From: an uncultured delta proteobacterium
GTDB lineage: Bacteria > Myxococcota > Myxococcia > Myxococcales > Myxococcaceae
Direction: 5' to 3'
Assembly (NCBI GenBank): GCA_963771175.1
Contig: CAVYSY010000003.1
Location: 125,225 to 189,224, forward strand
Length of the DNA stretch: 64,000 nt
This document shows positions 47,716 through 58,851 of the stretch, in pieces (within the stretch, counting starts at the first letter, position 1; each line of letters begins with the position of its first letter). The translations under genes were made by a program, and so were the position numbers. The notes under the pieces are model-generated. The model ran no database searches and was not told the DNA's origin. It worked only from the letters and a program-made list of their open reading frames with translations.

Positions 47716-48414
47716 CGCGGTGCCCCCACGGGCGGATAGAGGGACTCCAGCGCCGTGCCCGTCAGGTCCATCTGCTGGAAGATGTGCGAGAGGAACTCCT
47801 TCTCCGTCAGGCCAACGTTGCGCGAGACCCGCATACGCTCGTCCAGGCTGCGCCAGGCCGCCTGCAGCAGCTCGTGCAGCGTCTCCATCACTCCCTCGCC
47901 GCGCAGGGCCACGGCACCCACCACCGGCTCCCCTCCCCGGTTGCGCAGCTCCTCCAGCTCCGCGTCCGTCTGGGCGTCCGGCAGGTCGCGCTTGTTGAAT
48001 TGGATGACCACCGGCACCTGCGAAGCGTCCAGACCGTTCTCCCGCATGTTCGGCCCGCAGCCGGCGCCAATAGGCGTTGTTCTCCATGGCGGCGCTGCGG
48101 CGGCTGTCGGCGATGAAGGCCACCCCGTCCGTGTTCTGCAGCACCACGCGCCGCGTGGCATCATGGACGACCTGCCCGGGCACGGTGAAGAGCTTGAGCT
48201 TCACCTTGAAGCCCGAGCTGCTGGTGAAGAAGACGGGGAGCAGATCGAAGAAGAGCGTCCGGTCCTCATGCGTCTCCACGCTGAGCAGGCGACCGCGCGC
48301 CTCCGGCCGGGCCTTCGCGTGGATGCAGCGCAGGTTGGTCGTCTTCCCGCTCAGCCCCGGGCCGTAGTAGACGAGCTTCAGGGTGAGTTCGCGCTGGGCG
48401 TGGTTGAGTTGCAC
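47712..48414 (-). CDS. sofG: MglA-like small GTPase (SofG-like; frameshift near 48055)
   Basis: KLVYYGPGLSGKTTN, RTLFFD, TVPGQ, FIADS, QFNKRDLP; stop overlaps the kinase start (ATGA). Confidence 0.85.
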
Positions 48415-48686
48415 GTGCCGGACTCAGGTTGCCGAACGGGAGGGGGGAGGTTCGGACAACCCACCCCGGGCGGATGGTTTTTTATAGTGAAAGGTGTTCG
48501 GCATTGAAAGTCGCCCCCACCGTACCGCATGTGGGAGCCTGGACGAGGCGGGAGCAAGCGGCCTTGGAATGCAGGACCCGCGTGCGCAGTTTGCCAGGGT
48601 CCGGCCCCCTCACATCGGTGGGGGAAATGTGCGCCGAACCGAGGACGTGCATGGGCACCGGGGAAGCGGTTAGGATCTGTAACGCG

Positions 48687-49238
48687 ATGGAGGAGCAAGG
48701 CATGACGATGAAGCGGGTGGATCCGGTCGTGGAGGCAGGTGCGATGCCAGTGCTGGACATGGCCAACCTGCCCAACGACCTGGCGCCGGTGGTGAAGTTC
48801 GCCGGGCCAACCGACGAGGACATGGCGTCCGTGGCCGCCCTGCGCGCCAACTCCGAGCCCTGGAAGGGCCGCGGCGAGACGCTGGAGGACAGCTTGAAGG
48901 CGCTGACGGCGCTGCGGCCTTTCGTCCATGTGGCCAAGGTGCAGAACCAGGCGGTCGGCTATGTGACCGTGGAGCGGGATGGCCCGGTGCCGGGCGCGGC
49001 CTACATGCGCAACATCGTCGTCAAGCCGGAGCTGCGTCGCCGCGGCGTCGGTCAGGCGGTGCTCAACCACGCCCTGCAGGTGGCGCGGGACATGTACCGC
49101 AAGACGATCGCCCTGCGTGTGGACCCGGCCAACGCGCCCGCGGTGAGCTTCTACCGCAACGCGGGCTTCACCACCGTGGCCACGGTGGTGTCCAAGAAGT
49201 CCGGCAAGCTCCGGCTCCTGATGTCCCGGGAGCTCTGA
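48687..49238 (+). CDS. GNAT family N-acetyltransferase
   Basis: VVKPELRRRGVGQAV, VDPANAPAVSFYRNAGF. Confidence 0.9.
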   Translation: MEEQGMTMKRVDPVVEAGAMPVLDMANLPNDLAPVVKFAGPTDEDMASVAALRANSEPWKGRGETLEDSLKALTALRPFVHVAKVQNQAVGYVTVERDGPVPGAAYMRNIVVKPELRRRGVGQAVLNHALQVARDMYRKTIALRVDPANAPAVSFYRNAGFTTVATVVSKKSGKLRLLMSREL

Positions 49239-49465
49239 GCCCAACCCTCAGCGGGGGGAGACGGGCGGCCACATCCTCCATGGCCCCCTGCCCCCCTGAA
49301 TCCGCCCGGCCCGTCCCCTTGTAAGGGGTGGCCGGGCGTTTTCATTTCCGCTCAGGACGGCCCCACGCCCGGCCCCTTTCCAGAATTCGTGGCAAATCCC
49401 GGCTATGCTGCACCCACTCTCCCGGAGGCCGAGCGCCCTCGCGACCGGGGAAGGTGGGACCACGC

Positions 49466-51295
49466 ATGAAGACCCTGACGGAGTTGCTGCGCCATCTGAC
49501 TCGCCCCGGCGTGCTGGAGCTCGCATTGATCAGCGGGCGCACTCCCATGGTGAAGAGCGGCAGCGGCTTCGAGGCGGTGGACGACACCCTCCTCGGAACG
49601 GACGCGCTGTACGCGATGCTGCAGGGATTGGTGGGCGAGGCCCGCGCCGCCAGCATCTCCGACAAGCCGAGCCAGTGGCCGATGCGCCTCGAGGGCCTGG
49701 GCTCCGTCATCGTCGGAGCCCTGCGCCGCGGAGAGGTGCTCAACGTGCGCATCGTGCGCGCCGAGCAGCCACCGGCGGGGGCCTCCGCGCCCGCTCCCGC
49801 CGCACGCGCCCCCGGGCCCGCCACGCCTGGACCGGCCACCGCCACCGCGAGCCCCGCGCCCGCGCCGCGTCCTGGCCCGCCGGGCCCTCCTCCGGCCGCG
49901 GCTCCGGCCCCACGCGCCGACGCTCCGACGGGCGGCCCCCCCACCGCGGGCGCCCCGGCGGCCCGCTCCCCCTCGCCCGCGCCGCCCACGCCCAAGGCCA
50001 CCAAACCCGCGGGCATCCAGATCCTCGCTCCGGAGAAGGACAAGCCCGAGCAGCCCGAGCCCGAGCCACCACCACCCGCCCCCACCGAGCCCGTGGCCGA
50101 GGCGCCGCCTTCCGATCCACGCCTCGTCGTGCGCCCGGAGTCCGCGCGCGACCTGTCCATGCTGCTGGAGGACGCGCGCAACGTGGGCGCGAGCGACCTG
50201 CACGTCGTCGCCGGTCGCCCGCCCCTCTTCCGCATCGTCGGCGAGCTGATGCCCCATGGCGAGCCCCTCCCCCCCGAGGTGGCGGAGAAGATGCTGCTGC
50301 CGCATGTGCCCGCGCGGCTGCGCCCCGTGCTCGACCGGGACGGGAGCTGTGACTTCTCGCTCGACCTGCGCCACGCCGGCCGCTTCCGCGTCAACGTCTG
50401 CCGCCAGCGCACCGGCTACAAGGGCACCTTCCGCGTCATCCCGCGCGAGATTCCCACCCTCGAGTCCCTCGGCCTGCCGGCGGACATCGCCAAGGCCACC
50501 CACCACCACCAGGGCCTCATCGTCGTCACCGGCCCCTCGGGCCACGGCAAGACGACCACGCTCGCGGCCATCGTCGACATCATCAACCGCGAGACGACGC
50601 ACCACGTCATCACCGTGGAGGATCCGGTCGAGTACGTCCACCCGCGCAAGAAGGCGCTGATGAGCCAGCGCGAGGTGGGCACGCACACCAAGACCTTCGC
50701 CAGCGCGCTCAAGGGCACCCTGCGCGAGGACCCGGACGTCATCGTGGTGGGCGAGCTGCGCGACACCGAGACGGTGCGCATGGCGCTCGCGGCCAGCGAG
50801 ACGGGCCACCTGGTCATCAGCACGATGAACACGCCCAGCGCGGCGAAGACGATCGACCGGCTCATCGACCTCTTCCCCCCGGCGGACCAGCCGCAGGTGC
50901 GCATGACGCTCTCCGGCGGCCTGCGCCTCATCGTCAGCCAGCGGCTGCTGCCGAGCGCGGATGGCCAGCGCATGGTGGCCGCCGCCGAGCTGCTGCCCGG
51001 CTCGGTCGCCCTGGGCAACCTGATCCGCGACAACAAGACGTACCAGATTCCGAGCCTCCAGCAGCGCGGCAAGGCGCTCGGCATCGTCCGCCTCGACGAC
51101 TCGCTCGCCGACCTGGTGCGCTCGGGGAAGACGACGCTGGAGATCGCCCGCGGCTACGCCGAGACCCCCGACGAGCTGGAGGCCGTGGTGACGGGCAAGC
51201 GCCCGGCGCGCCTCCCGAGCCCCCCGCCTCCCCGGACGGCGCCAAGCAGCTCCTCTCCAAGATGGGCAACGCTCCTCAGCCGCAAGAGCGCCTGA
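49466..51295 (+). CDS. pilT: PilT/PilU family ATPase with extra N-terminal domain and Pro-rich linker
   Basis: ASDLHV, RFRVN, GPSGHGKTTT, TVEDPVE, REDPDVIVVGELRD. Confidence 0.92.
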   Translation: MKTLTELLRHLTRPGVLELALISGRTPMVKSGSGFEAVDDTLLGTDALYAMLQGLVGEARAASISDKPSQWPMRLEGLGSVIVGALRRGEVLNVRIVRAEQPPAGASAPAPAARAPGPATPGPATATASPAPAPRPGPPGPPPAAAPAPRADAPTGGPPTAGAPAARSPSPAPPTPKATKPAGIQILAPEKDKPEQPEPEPPPPAPTEPVAEAPPSDPRLVVRPESARDLSMLLEDARNVGASDLHVVAGRPPLFRIVGELMPHGEPLPPEVAEKMLLPHVPARLRPVLDRDGSCDFSLDLRHAGRFRVNVCRQRTGYKGTFRVIPREIPTLESLGLPADIAKATHHHQGLIVVTGPSGHGKTTTLAAIVDIINRETTHHVITVEDPVEYVHPRKKALMSQREVGTHTKTFASALKGTLREDPDVIVVGELRDTETVRMALAASETGHLVISTMNTPSAAKTIDRLIDLFPPADQPQVRMTLSGGLRLIVSQRLLPSADGQRMVAAAELLPGSVALGNLIRDNKTYQIPSLQQRGKALGIVRLDDSLADLVRSGKTTLEIARGYAETPDELEAVVTGKRPARLPSPPPPRTAPSSSSPRWATLLSRKSA

Positions 51296-51297
51296 CC

Positions 51298-52418
51298 ATG
51301 AGCCCCGCGCCGCGCATCGCCGCCCTCTTCGACAAGCTCCTCGAGCAGAAGGGCAGCGACCTCCACCTGGGCGTCGGCCACCCGCCCCTCGGCCGCATCC
51401 GCGGCGAGCTCGTCCCCCTGCGCGAGGCCGTCCTCACCCAACCGGAGCTGGAGGCGCTGCTCTTCGAGCTCGTCACCCCCGAGCAGAAGCGGCAGATCAC
51501 CGAGGAGCTCGACCTGGACTTCGCCTACAGCTACGGCGACAAGGCGCGCTTCCGCGCCAACTACTTCTACAAGGCGACGGGCCTGGCGGCCGTCTTCCGC
51601 ACCATCCCGAGCAAGGTGCTCTCGCTGACCGACCTCAACACGCCGGACGCGGTGCGCAAGCTGGCCGAGCGCCGCAGCGGACTGGTGCTCGTCACGGGCC
51701 CCACGGGCAGCGGCAAGACCACCACGCTCGCGGGGATGATCAACCACATCAACCGCACGCGCCCTGCCACATCCTCACCATCGAGGACCCGGTGGAGTTC
51801 GTCCACGAGTCGGCGAAGTCCCAGGTCACCCACCGCGAGGTGGGCCCCCACGCCTCGAGCTTCGCCAACGCCATCCGCTCGGCGGGCCGCGAGGACCCCG
51901 ACGTCATCCTCATCGGCGAGCTGCGCACCAACGAGACGATGAAGCTCGCGCTGCAGCTCGCGAGCTTCGGCGTGCTGGTCTTCGCCACCGTGCACACCAA
52001 CAGCGCGCCGGCCACCATCGACCGCATCATCAACGCGTTCCCCGCCGACGAGCAGCCGCAGGTGCGCGGCATGCTCGCCGAGAGCCTCGCCGGCATCGTC
52101 GCCCAGCAGCTCATCAGGACCGCGGACGGCAAGGGCCGCGTGGCGGCGCTGGAGATCCTCATCGGCACGAGCGCCATCGCCTCGATGATCCGCGAGGGCA
52201 AGACGTTTCAGATCGCGAGCATGATGCAGGCGGGTCAGACGCTGGGCATGCAGACGCTGGACATGCACCTGGAGAAGCTGGTGGCCGCGGGCACCATCGC
52301 CCCCGAGGCCGCCCTGGAGAAGGCCCAGGACAAGGAGGCCTTCGCCAAGGTGCTCCAGCGGCTCAAGCCGGAGTTCGAGATTCCCGAGCTCGGCCTCGGG
52401 GAGCCCGGCGGTCACTAA
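51298..52418 (+). CDS. pilT: PilT/PilU family ATPase (frameshift near 51760)
   Basis: GSDLHL, RFRAN, GPTGSGKTTT, TIEDPVE, REDPDVILIGELR, GMQTLD. Confidence 0.92.
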
Positions 52419-52502
52419 ACCCTCCGAAGTAAGTCCGAGCAGGAGGCGGCCGGGAGGCCGGCGGGTCTCGGCGGATAGAGGACCCTCCGGGCTCGGTCTG
52501 GA

Positions 52503-52531
52503 AAAACCTGTCCGACAGTCGGACAGGTTTT
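52503..52531. repeat. Perfect palindrome, REP-like element
   Basis: AAAACCTGTCCGAC-A-GTCGGACAGGTTTT between convergent pilT and helicase genes. Confidence 0.85.
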
Positions 52532-52569
52532 GGAAGAGCGCGGCCGGGAGGTCGACGTTCCTCGAGGGG

Positions 52570-54606
52570 TCAGAAGTCCACGTCATCCTCGGGCGAGGAG
52601 TACCTGCCCATGTCCGTTCCGTTGAACCAGGCCTCCAGCGCATCGAGCTGATTGATGCGCCGGGCCGGCGGGAGGCTCGTGAGGAAGGCGCGCCCGTAGT
52701 TCTTCGTGACGATGCGCCGGTCCAGCATCGCCACGATGCCCCGGTCCGCCCGCGTGCGGATGAGCCGGCCGAAGCCCTGCCGCAGCGCGAGCGCCGCCTG
52801 GGGCAGCTGGTAGCCGCCGAAGGCCTCCTCGCCCCGCGCCTCCAGCTGGCGGATGCGCGCCGCCACCACCGGGTCCCCCGGCGAGGCGAAGGGCAGCCGG
52901 TCGATGATGACGAGGCTCAGCGCCTCTCCCGGCACGTCCACGCCCTCCCAGAAGCTGTGCGCCGCGAAGAGCACGCTGGGCGCTCGCGGAAGGCCTCCAG
53001 CAGCTGCTGCTTGGGCCGCTCGCCCTGCAGCAGCACCTGGTAGGGCAGCCGGCTGCGCGCGAGCGCGTGCGCCGCGCTCCATGTTGCGCAGGCTGGTGAA
53101 GAGCACGAAGGCCCGGCCTCCCGTCACCTCGCACAGCCGGACGATCTCCTCGGCGGCCGCCTCGATGAAGCCCGGGGCCGCCGGGTCCGGCAGGTGCGTG
53201 GGCAGGTACAGCGCCGCCTGCTCCGTGAAGTCGAAGGGGCTCGGCACCGCGACCGTGCGCACGCTCGTCACCGGCACGCCCTCCTCGTCGTACAGCCCCA
53301 TCCGCCGCGCGAAGAAGTCGAAGCGGCCCTCCGCCGCCAGCGTCGCCGAGGTGAACACCACCGTGTCCATGCCCTCCGTACAGGCGCTCCTGCAGCTCGC
53401 GTCGCGACGTCGATGGGGCTCGCGCGCAGGAAGACGCCTCGCCCGCGCGCCTCCGCCCAGTAGACGTGGTCCGTGCTGACTCCACCTTCTCCAGGAAGGA
53501 GAAGTCCGCCACCAGCTCCGCGCACGCGGCGGGTGAGCAGCCGTCGAGCTCCGCCTCGCGCTCGCTCGCGGTGAAGGCCGCCGAGCGCCGAGAGCGCCTC
53601 CTTCACCTGCTCGATCGGCGCCCGAGAGCCGCGCCAGCCGCTCGGGCTTGCAGCGCCACCGCGCCCTCGTTCTCGTGCAGGCCCAGCACCCGCGGAGCCT
53701 GCGCGAAGAGCGCCTCCGAGTGCGTGCGCACGCGCACCACCAGCGAGGACGAGCATCCCGAAACGCAAGTCCGTCGTGCGGCATCGCCGCCGAGCGCGTC
53801 GCGCACCAGATCCTCCAGCCGGAAGCTCGACACCGCGTGCAGCCGAAGTGGCCGCTCGCCGCGTCCTCCAGCGCGTGCGCCTCGTCGAAGATGACCGCGT
53901 CGTAGGGCGGCAGCACCCCGCCGTCGCCGCGCTGCCCGCGGCTGCGCAGCGCCAGGTCCGCGAAGAAGAGGTGGTGGTTCACCACCAGCAGGTCCGCCGA
54001 CTCCGCCTGCCCGGCGCATCCGCGTGACGAAGCAGCTCTCGTACACCGGGCACTTCGTGCCCAGGCACGTCTCCGAGGTCGTGGAGAGGCGGCGCCCAGG
54101 CGGCGAAGGTCTCGGGCAGCTCCAGCTCGCCGCGGTCCCCCGTCTCGGTGCGGCTCGCCCAGGACTGCAGGAGCGGCCAGTGCGCGCGCCTCCTCGCGGG
54201 TGGAGAACTGCGGGTCCTTGCCGAACTGCGTCGTAGCGGTGCAGGCACAGGTAGTTGCTGCGCCCCTTGAGGTAGGCCGCCTCGAACGGACAGGCCCATG
54301 CGCTCGCGCAGCAGCGGCAGGTCCTTGAAGAAGATCTGCTCCTGCAGCGTCTTCGTCGCCGTGGACACCACCACCCGCCGGCCGCGACAGCAGCGCCGGG
54401 CACGAGGTAGGCCAGCGTCTTGCCCGTGCCCGTGCCCGCCTCGGCCAGCAGGTAGCCGCGCTCGCTGAAGGCGCTTCTCCACCGGCGCGCGCCATCTGCA
54501 GCTGCTCCGGACGGTGCTCGTAGGCCTCCAGCGCGGCCTGGAGCGCGCCTCCAGGGCCGAGCAGCGTATCCACGGAGAGTCGGAGCGAGGGAGCGGACGA
54601 GGGCAT
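52570..54606 (-). CDS. DinG/YoaA family ATP-dependent DNA helicase (many frameshifts)
   Basis: EAGTGTGKT, STATKTLQEQ, LKGRSNYLC, VVNHHL, FDEAH, TSATL, FWEGVDVPG, QGFGRLIR across frames. Confidence 0.9.
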   Translation of the reverse strand: MPSSAPSLRLSVDTLLGPGGALQAALEAYEHRPEQLQMARAGGEAPSASAATCWPRRARARARRWPTSCPALLSRPAGGGVHGDEDAAGADLLQGPAAAARAHGPVRSRRPTSRGAATTCACTATTQFGKDPQFSTREEARALAAPAVLGEPHRDGGPRRAGAARDLRRLGAASPRPRRRAWARSARCTRAASSRGCAGQAESADLLVVNHHLFFADLALRSRGQRGDGGVLPPYDAVIFDEAHALEDAASGHFGCTRCRASGWRIWCATRSAAMPHDGLAFRDARPRWWCACARTRRRSSRRLRGCWACTRTRARWRCKPERLARLSGADRAGEGGALGARRPSPRASARRSSTAAHPPRARSWWRTSPSWRRWSQHGPRLLGGGARARRLPAREPHRRRDASCRSACTEGMDTVVFTSATLAAEGRFDFFARRMGLYDEEGVPVTSVRTVAVPSPFDFTEQAALYLPTHLPDPAAPGFIEAAAEEIVRLCEVTGGRAFVLFTSLRNMERGARARAQPAALPGAAAGRAAQAAAAGGLPRAPSVLFAAHSFWEGVDVPGEALSLVIIDRLPFASPGDPVVAARIRQLEARGEEAFGGYQLPQAALALRQGFGRLIRTRADRGIVAMLDRRIVTKNYGRAFLTSLPPARRINQLDALEAWFNGTDMGRYSSPEDDVDF

Positions 54607-54723
54607 GGCGTGGGGGCGCGCGGTGCGGAGAGAAGCCGGCGCGTCAGGATAACAGTGCGACGCCCGCTCGTCGGGTTTTGCTTCGCGCGGGCCCGGGAGC
54701 TTGCTCGGGGGGCGCGGGAGCCA

Positions 54724-55279
<556 letters not shown>

Positions 55280-55287
55280 GGGGCTGG

Positions 55288-56607
55288 CTACGCCTGGGCG
55301 CCGCCGGGACAACGCGGCGGATCGTCGCAGCCCCCCGCCGGCCGCGACAGCGCACCGTCGTGCCCCGGCCCGGCGTGGACTCGAGCACCAGCGCGCCGCC
55401 CAGCTGCTCCAGCAGCGCGCGCGTGAGGAACAGCCCCAGGCCCATGCCCTCGCCCGGCGCCTTGGTGGTGAAGAAGGGCTCGCCCGCGCGCGCCAGCATC
55501 TCGCCGGCATGCCCGCGCCCGCGTCCTCCACCGCGAGCCGCCACGCCTGCGCGCCCTCGCGCGCCAGCCCGCAGCGCGCACGCTCGCGCCCGGCGGCGAG
55601 GCCTGCAGCGCGTTCTTCACCAGCCCCCGCAGGGCCCGCGCGAAGCGCCGCGCGGCGGCACGCGCGCACCGGCTCCTCGCAGCCGCCGGGCACCTCGAGC
55701 GCGCACCCGCTCCGGCCTCGGGCAGCCCCTCGAGCGCCGCCGTCCACCCACGCCGCAGACGCTCTGCTCGCACGAAGGACTCGCCGCGCCAGCTGCCCCG
55801 CGTCCGCGGCCATCTGCTGCAGGATGTCGCGGCAGCGCGCCACCTGCTCGCGGATGAGCTGCAGCGTCCTCGCGCGCGGGGCTCCCGGCCGGCGCGCAGC
55901 GTGCGCTCCAGCTCGCGGCCGCCACGGCGATGGTGCGACAGGCGGCGTGGCCAGCTCGTGCGCCGCGCCGGCCGCCAGCGTCGCCAGCGAGGCCAGCTTG
56001 CTCCTGGCGCGCGGCGAGGCCACCGCGCCGCCGCCAGCTCCGCCTCGCGCGCCGCCAGCGCCCGCGTCACGCGCTGCACGAAGTAGACGATGAAGCCGCC
56101 GGCCAGCGCGAAGGCCACCCACATGCCCCTGCAGGTGCAGCCGCATCATGGCTGCGCGTGCCCCGGCAGCTTCAGCCCGAAGGGAGGCTCTCGCTCCTGC
56201 AGCAGGAAGAGCGAGCCGAAGGCCAGCAGCGATGGCCAGCGCAGCAGCGCCCCACGTCGAGCCGCGCGGGCAGCAGCACCGCGGCCAGCGCGATGTTCAC
56301 CAGGTACAGCGTGGTGAAGGGGTTGAAGGAGCCGCCGCATCAGGTACAGCAGCGCGGTGAGCAGCACCACGTCCAGCGCCATCACCGCCCAGGGCTGCCA
56401 CTCGCGAAGGATGCGCGCCCGCCGGGACCACAGCCCCAGGGCCACGTTGCTCGCCGCCGCCACGGTGATGGTGGCGAACAGCGGCCCCAACCGCTGCGAC
56501 ATGCCCAGCCCGAAGTGCACCCCCAGGATGAGCGCCACCTGTCCGACGATGGCGCCCCAGCGCAGGCGCAGCAGCCAGGAGAGGTTGATGGCGTGGGCGT
56601 CGTTCAC
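55288..56607 (-). CDS. regB: RegB/PrrB-type sensor histidine kinase (many frameshifts; 3' end approximate)
   Basis: WLLRLRW, GMWVAF, ATLAAGAAHELATP, RCRDIL, GEPFFTTK, GMGLGLFL. Confidence 0.88.
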
Positions 56608-57668
56608 TACGGCCCCAGGAACACCCCTCGGGCCTTGTAGACGATGAACATGGCCACCACCACCAGGGCGAAAACGAGCAGGCCCTGCATGGCCACCTTC
56701 ATCTTCGCGCGCTTGTCGGGCGGACTCGAGGGCATCAGGCCCGAGCCCGCGGCGGCCAGCCGGAGCACCTCCTCGCGCCCGCGCTTCGCCTGGGCATCCT
56801 CCGGGAAGTGGGCCAGCCGGATGCGGTAGAAGCGGCCCAGAATCGCCAGCTCACCGCGCTCCGACGCCAGCGCCAGCACCTTGTCGTGCGCTCCCTTGCT
56901 CTCCCACAACTCCAGCACGCCCAACCACGTGGAGTGCAGCGCCGGCGAGCCATGGAACTCCTCGGGCCGGAGCGCGCGTACTCGAGCCCGCAGAAGGGGC
57001 ACACCACCGCGCCCTCCTTCCGCCCTCCGATGCACTTGGGGCAGTAGCCCGGCGGCGGAGTGAAAGGGTCTTCCGTGCTTCTCCCTCGGTGGCGCCGAGG
57101 GCTCCGGCACCGCGCGCACCTGAGACGCTGGAGGGGCGCACGGGGCCGGCTCGGCGACGGCGGGCGGTGGCGTGGGCTCCGCCACCTTGTCGCGCGACCC
57201 GACCTCCGAGAGCCGCAGCACCACGAGGTTCGCCGCCGCGGCCTCCGACATCACCATCCGGGACGAGTGGGCCTTGGTGGGCACCGGCTCCGGCGTCCGG
57301 GTCGCCACGGGCTCGGGAGAGCGCGCCACCTCCGGCGCTCGCTCCTCGCGGCTCCTTCTCGGTCCACCTTCTGGCGCGAGCCTCCACCGCCTCGGCCTCG
57401 ATGGCCGCGAGCACCGAGGCCGGCACCGCGATGCGCCGGGTGGGCTCGTTCTCGATGGGTCGGGCTCCGCATCGCTCCCGGCGAGCATGATCACCGGCCC
57501 CGGGGTCGACGATTTGGAGACGGGCGCCGCGGCGGACTGCTCGTCCTGCTCGGGCTCGCAGCGCGTCTCCACCTTGCAGCGGGAGCACTTGAGTACGAGC
57601 AGACGCCCCTCCACCCGGAACGTCGCCGGGGGCACGAGCCGCTCGCAAGCCTCACAGTAGTACTTCAC
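56607..57668 (-). CDS. Zinc-ribbon hypothetical membrane protein (frameshifted)
   Basis: YYCEACER...KCSRCK; second CPKC...CPFCG; Pro-rich linker; C-terminal TM helix. Confidence 0.7.
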   Translation of the reverse strand: MKYYCEACERLVPPATFRVEGRLLVLKCSRCKVETRCEPEQDEQSAAAPVSKSSTPGPVIMLAGSDAEPDPSRTSPPGASRCRPRCSRPSRPRRWRLAPEGGPRRSREERAPEVARSPEPVATRTPEPVPTKAHSSRMVMSEAAAANLVVLRLSEVGSRDKVAEPTPPPAVAEPAPCAPPASQVRAVPEPSAPPREKHGRPFHSAAGLLPQVHRRAEGGRGGVPLLRARVRALRPEEFHGSPALHSTWLGVLELWESKGAHDKVLALASERGELAILGRFYRIRLAHFPEDAQAKRGREEVLRLAAAGSGLMPSSPPDKRAKMKVAMQGLLVFALVVVAMFIVYKARGVFLGP

Positions 57669-58645
57669 CAGATCACCATTCGGATGGGCACGGGCAGGGC
57701 ACAGCCCGCCAGGGCGAGGAAGCATACCGCGCAGACCAGCTTGCGCCCGAGTCCCGAAGGCTCGGCCGGCTGCGTGACTTCCGGGTGACCGGAGCCCACC
57801 ACCTTGGCGGCGACCAGCAGCCACAGGCCCCAGGTGACGGTGTAGAAGAGGGTGAGGAAAAACAGCACCAGCGCCATGGCCTTGCCCACCCGGCGAGCAT
57901 GCCTGCCCCACAGGGCAAAGGCCAGATGTCCCCCATCGAACTGACCCACGGGCATGAGGTTGAGCAGGGTCACCAGCAGCCCGAACCAGCCGGCAATCAC
58001 CACCGGGTGCTCCTGGATGTCCTTGCCGGCCGGCAGCGGCCCCAGGACGAGCCACTTCAGGCCCCGCATCAGCAGGCTGTCGCCGAAGACCACGGCGGCG
58101 CCCTGGAGGGGCTGCGCGTCCGGGGCTGGAGGCGTCACCCCGGAGAGCTTCACCTGGAGCCACTGGAGGAGGTCGCCCCCGAGCACCCACAGGGAGCTCT
58201 CCCCCGGGAAGGAGGGCCGCATCGGCGGGGCGTCCACCAGGGAGGAGTGGGCCAGGCCCCAGAGGAGGACGGGCATCGCGACCAGCAGGCCCGCCAGCGG
58301 CCCCGCGGCCCCGATGTCCACCAGGGCATTGCGGTGGGGGATGCGACCGCGGATGCGGATGACGGCCCCCAGCGTGCCCACCCCGAGGTAGGGCAGCGGG
58401 ATGAAGTACGGCAGCGAGGCGTCCACCCCGTGCACGCGCGCCAGCAGGTAGTGCCCCATCTCGTGGGAGCCGAGGATGGCGAGCAGCGCGACGCTGAAGG
58501 CCAGGGAGCCCGCCAGCCGCTCGTCCAACGGCAGGGAGTCACCGAACTGCAGGTTGAAGGTGAAGGACGTGGTCGCCGCCGTCACCCCGAAGAGCAACAG
58601 GTGCAGCCAGAGGCGGTTGGCGGGGCGGACGGTGGCGCTCTCCAT
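57665..58645 (-). CDS. Site-2 protease family (M50) membrane metalloprotease
   Basis: HEMGH, PYFIP, IGAAGPLAG, NLMPVGQFDGGH. Confidence 0.93.
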   Translation of the reverse strand: MESATVRPANRLWLHLLLFGVTAATTSFTFNLQFGDSLPLDERLAGSLAFSVALLAILGSHEMGHYLLARVHGVDASLPYFIPLPYLGVGTLGAVIRIRGRIPHRNALVDIGAAGPLAGLLVAMPVLLWGLAHSSLVDAPPMRPSFPGESSLWVLGGDLLQWLQVKLSGVTPPAPDAQPLQGAAVVFGDSLLMRGLKWLVLGPLPAGKDIQEHPVVIAGWFGLLVTLLNLMPVGQFDGGHLAFALWGRHARRVGKAMALVLFFLTLFYTVTWGLWLLVAAKVVGSGHPEVTQPAEPSGLGRKLVCAVCFLALAGCALPVPIRMVIW

Positions 58646-58851
58646 GGGTCCGTCGTGGGTAGCAACGCCTCGCGGGCATTTCAACGCGGGGCCGCGCCTG
58701 GTGGGCAGCTCCGGAGGGCCGGAGATCGATTGCTTGACTTGACAGGGGCCTTTGCTACGACACCGTCAGCTTGAGGACTATTCAACCTGCCGGGAGCCTG
58801 GTCAGCCGGCTGGCCAGCTCCCCAAGCGTTCACTTGCGAGGGACATACAGA

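Noticed and set aside
46219..48414. 731 aa GTPase-histidine kinase fusion ORF
   Set aside because: The GTPase continues in another frame (NKRD motif, ORF 47712..48164); the fusion comes from one frameshift and its linker is nonsense
58734..58761. Sigma70 promoter (TTGACT/TTGACA...TACGAC)
   Set aside because: Weak -10 match and ambiguous spacing; not supportable without TSS data
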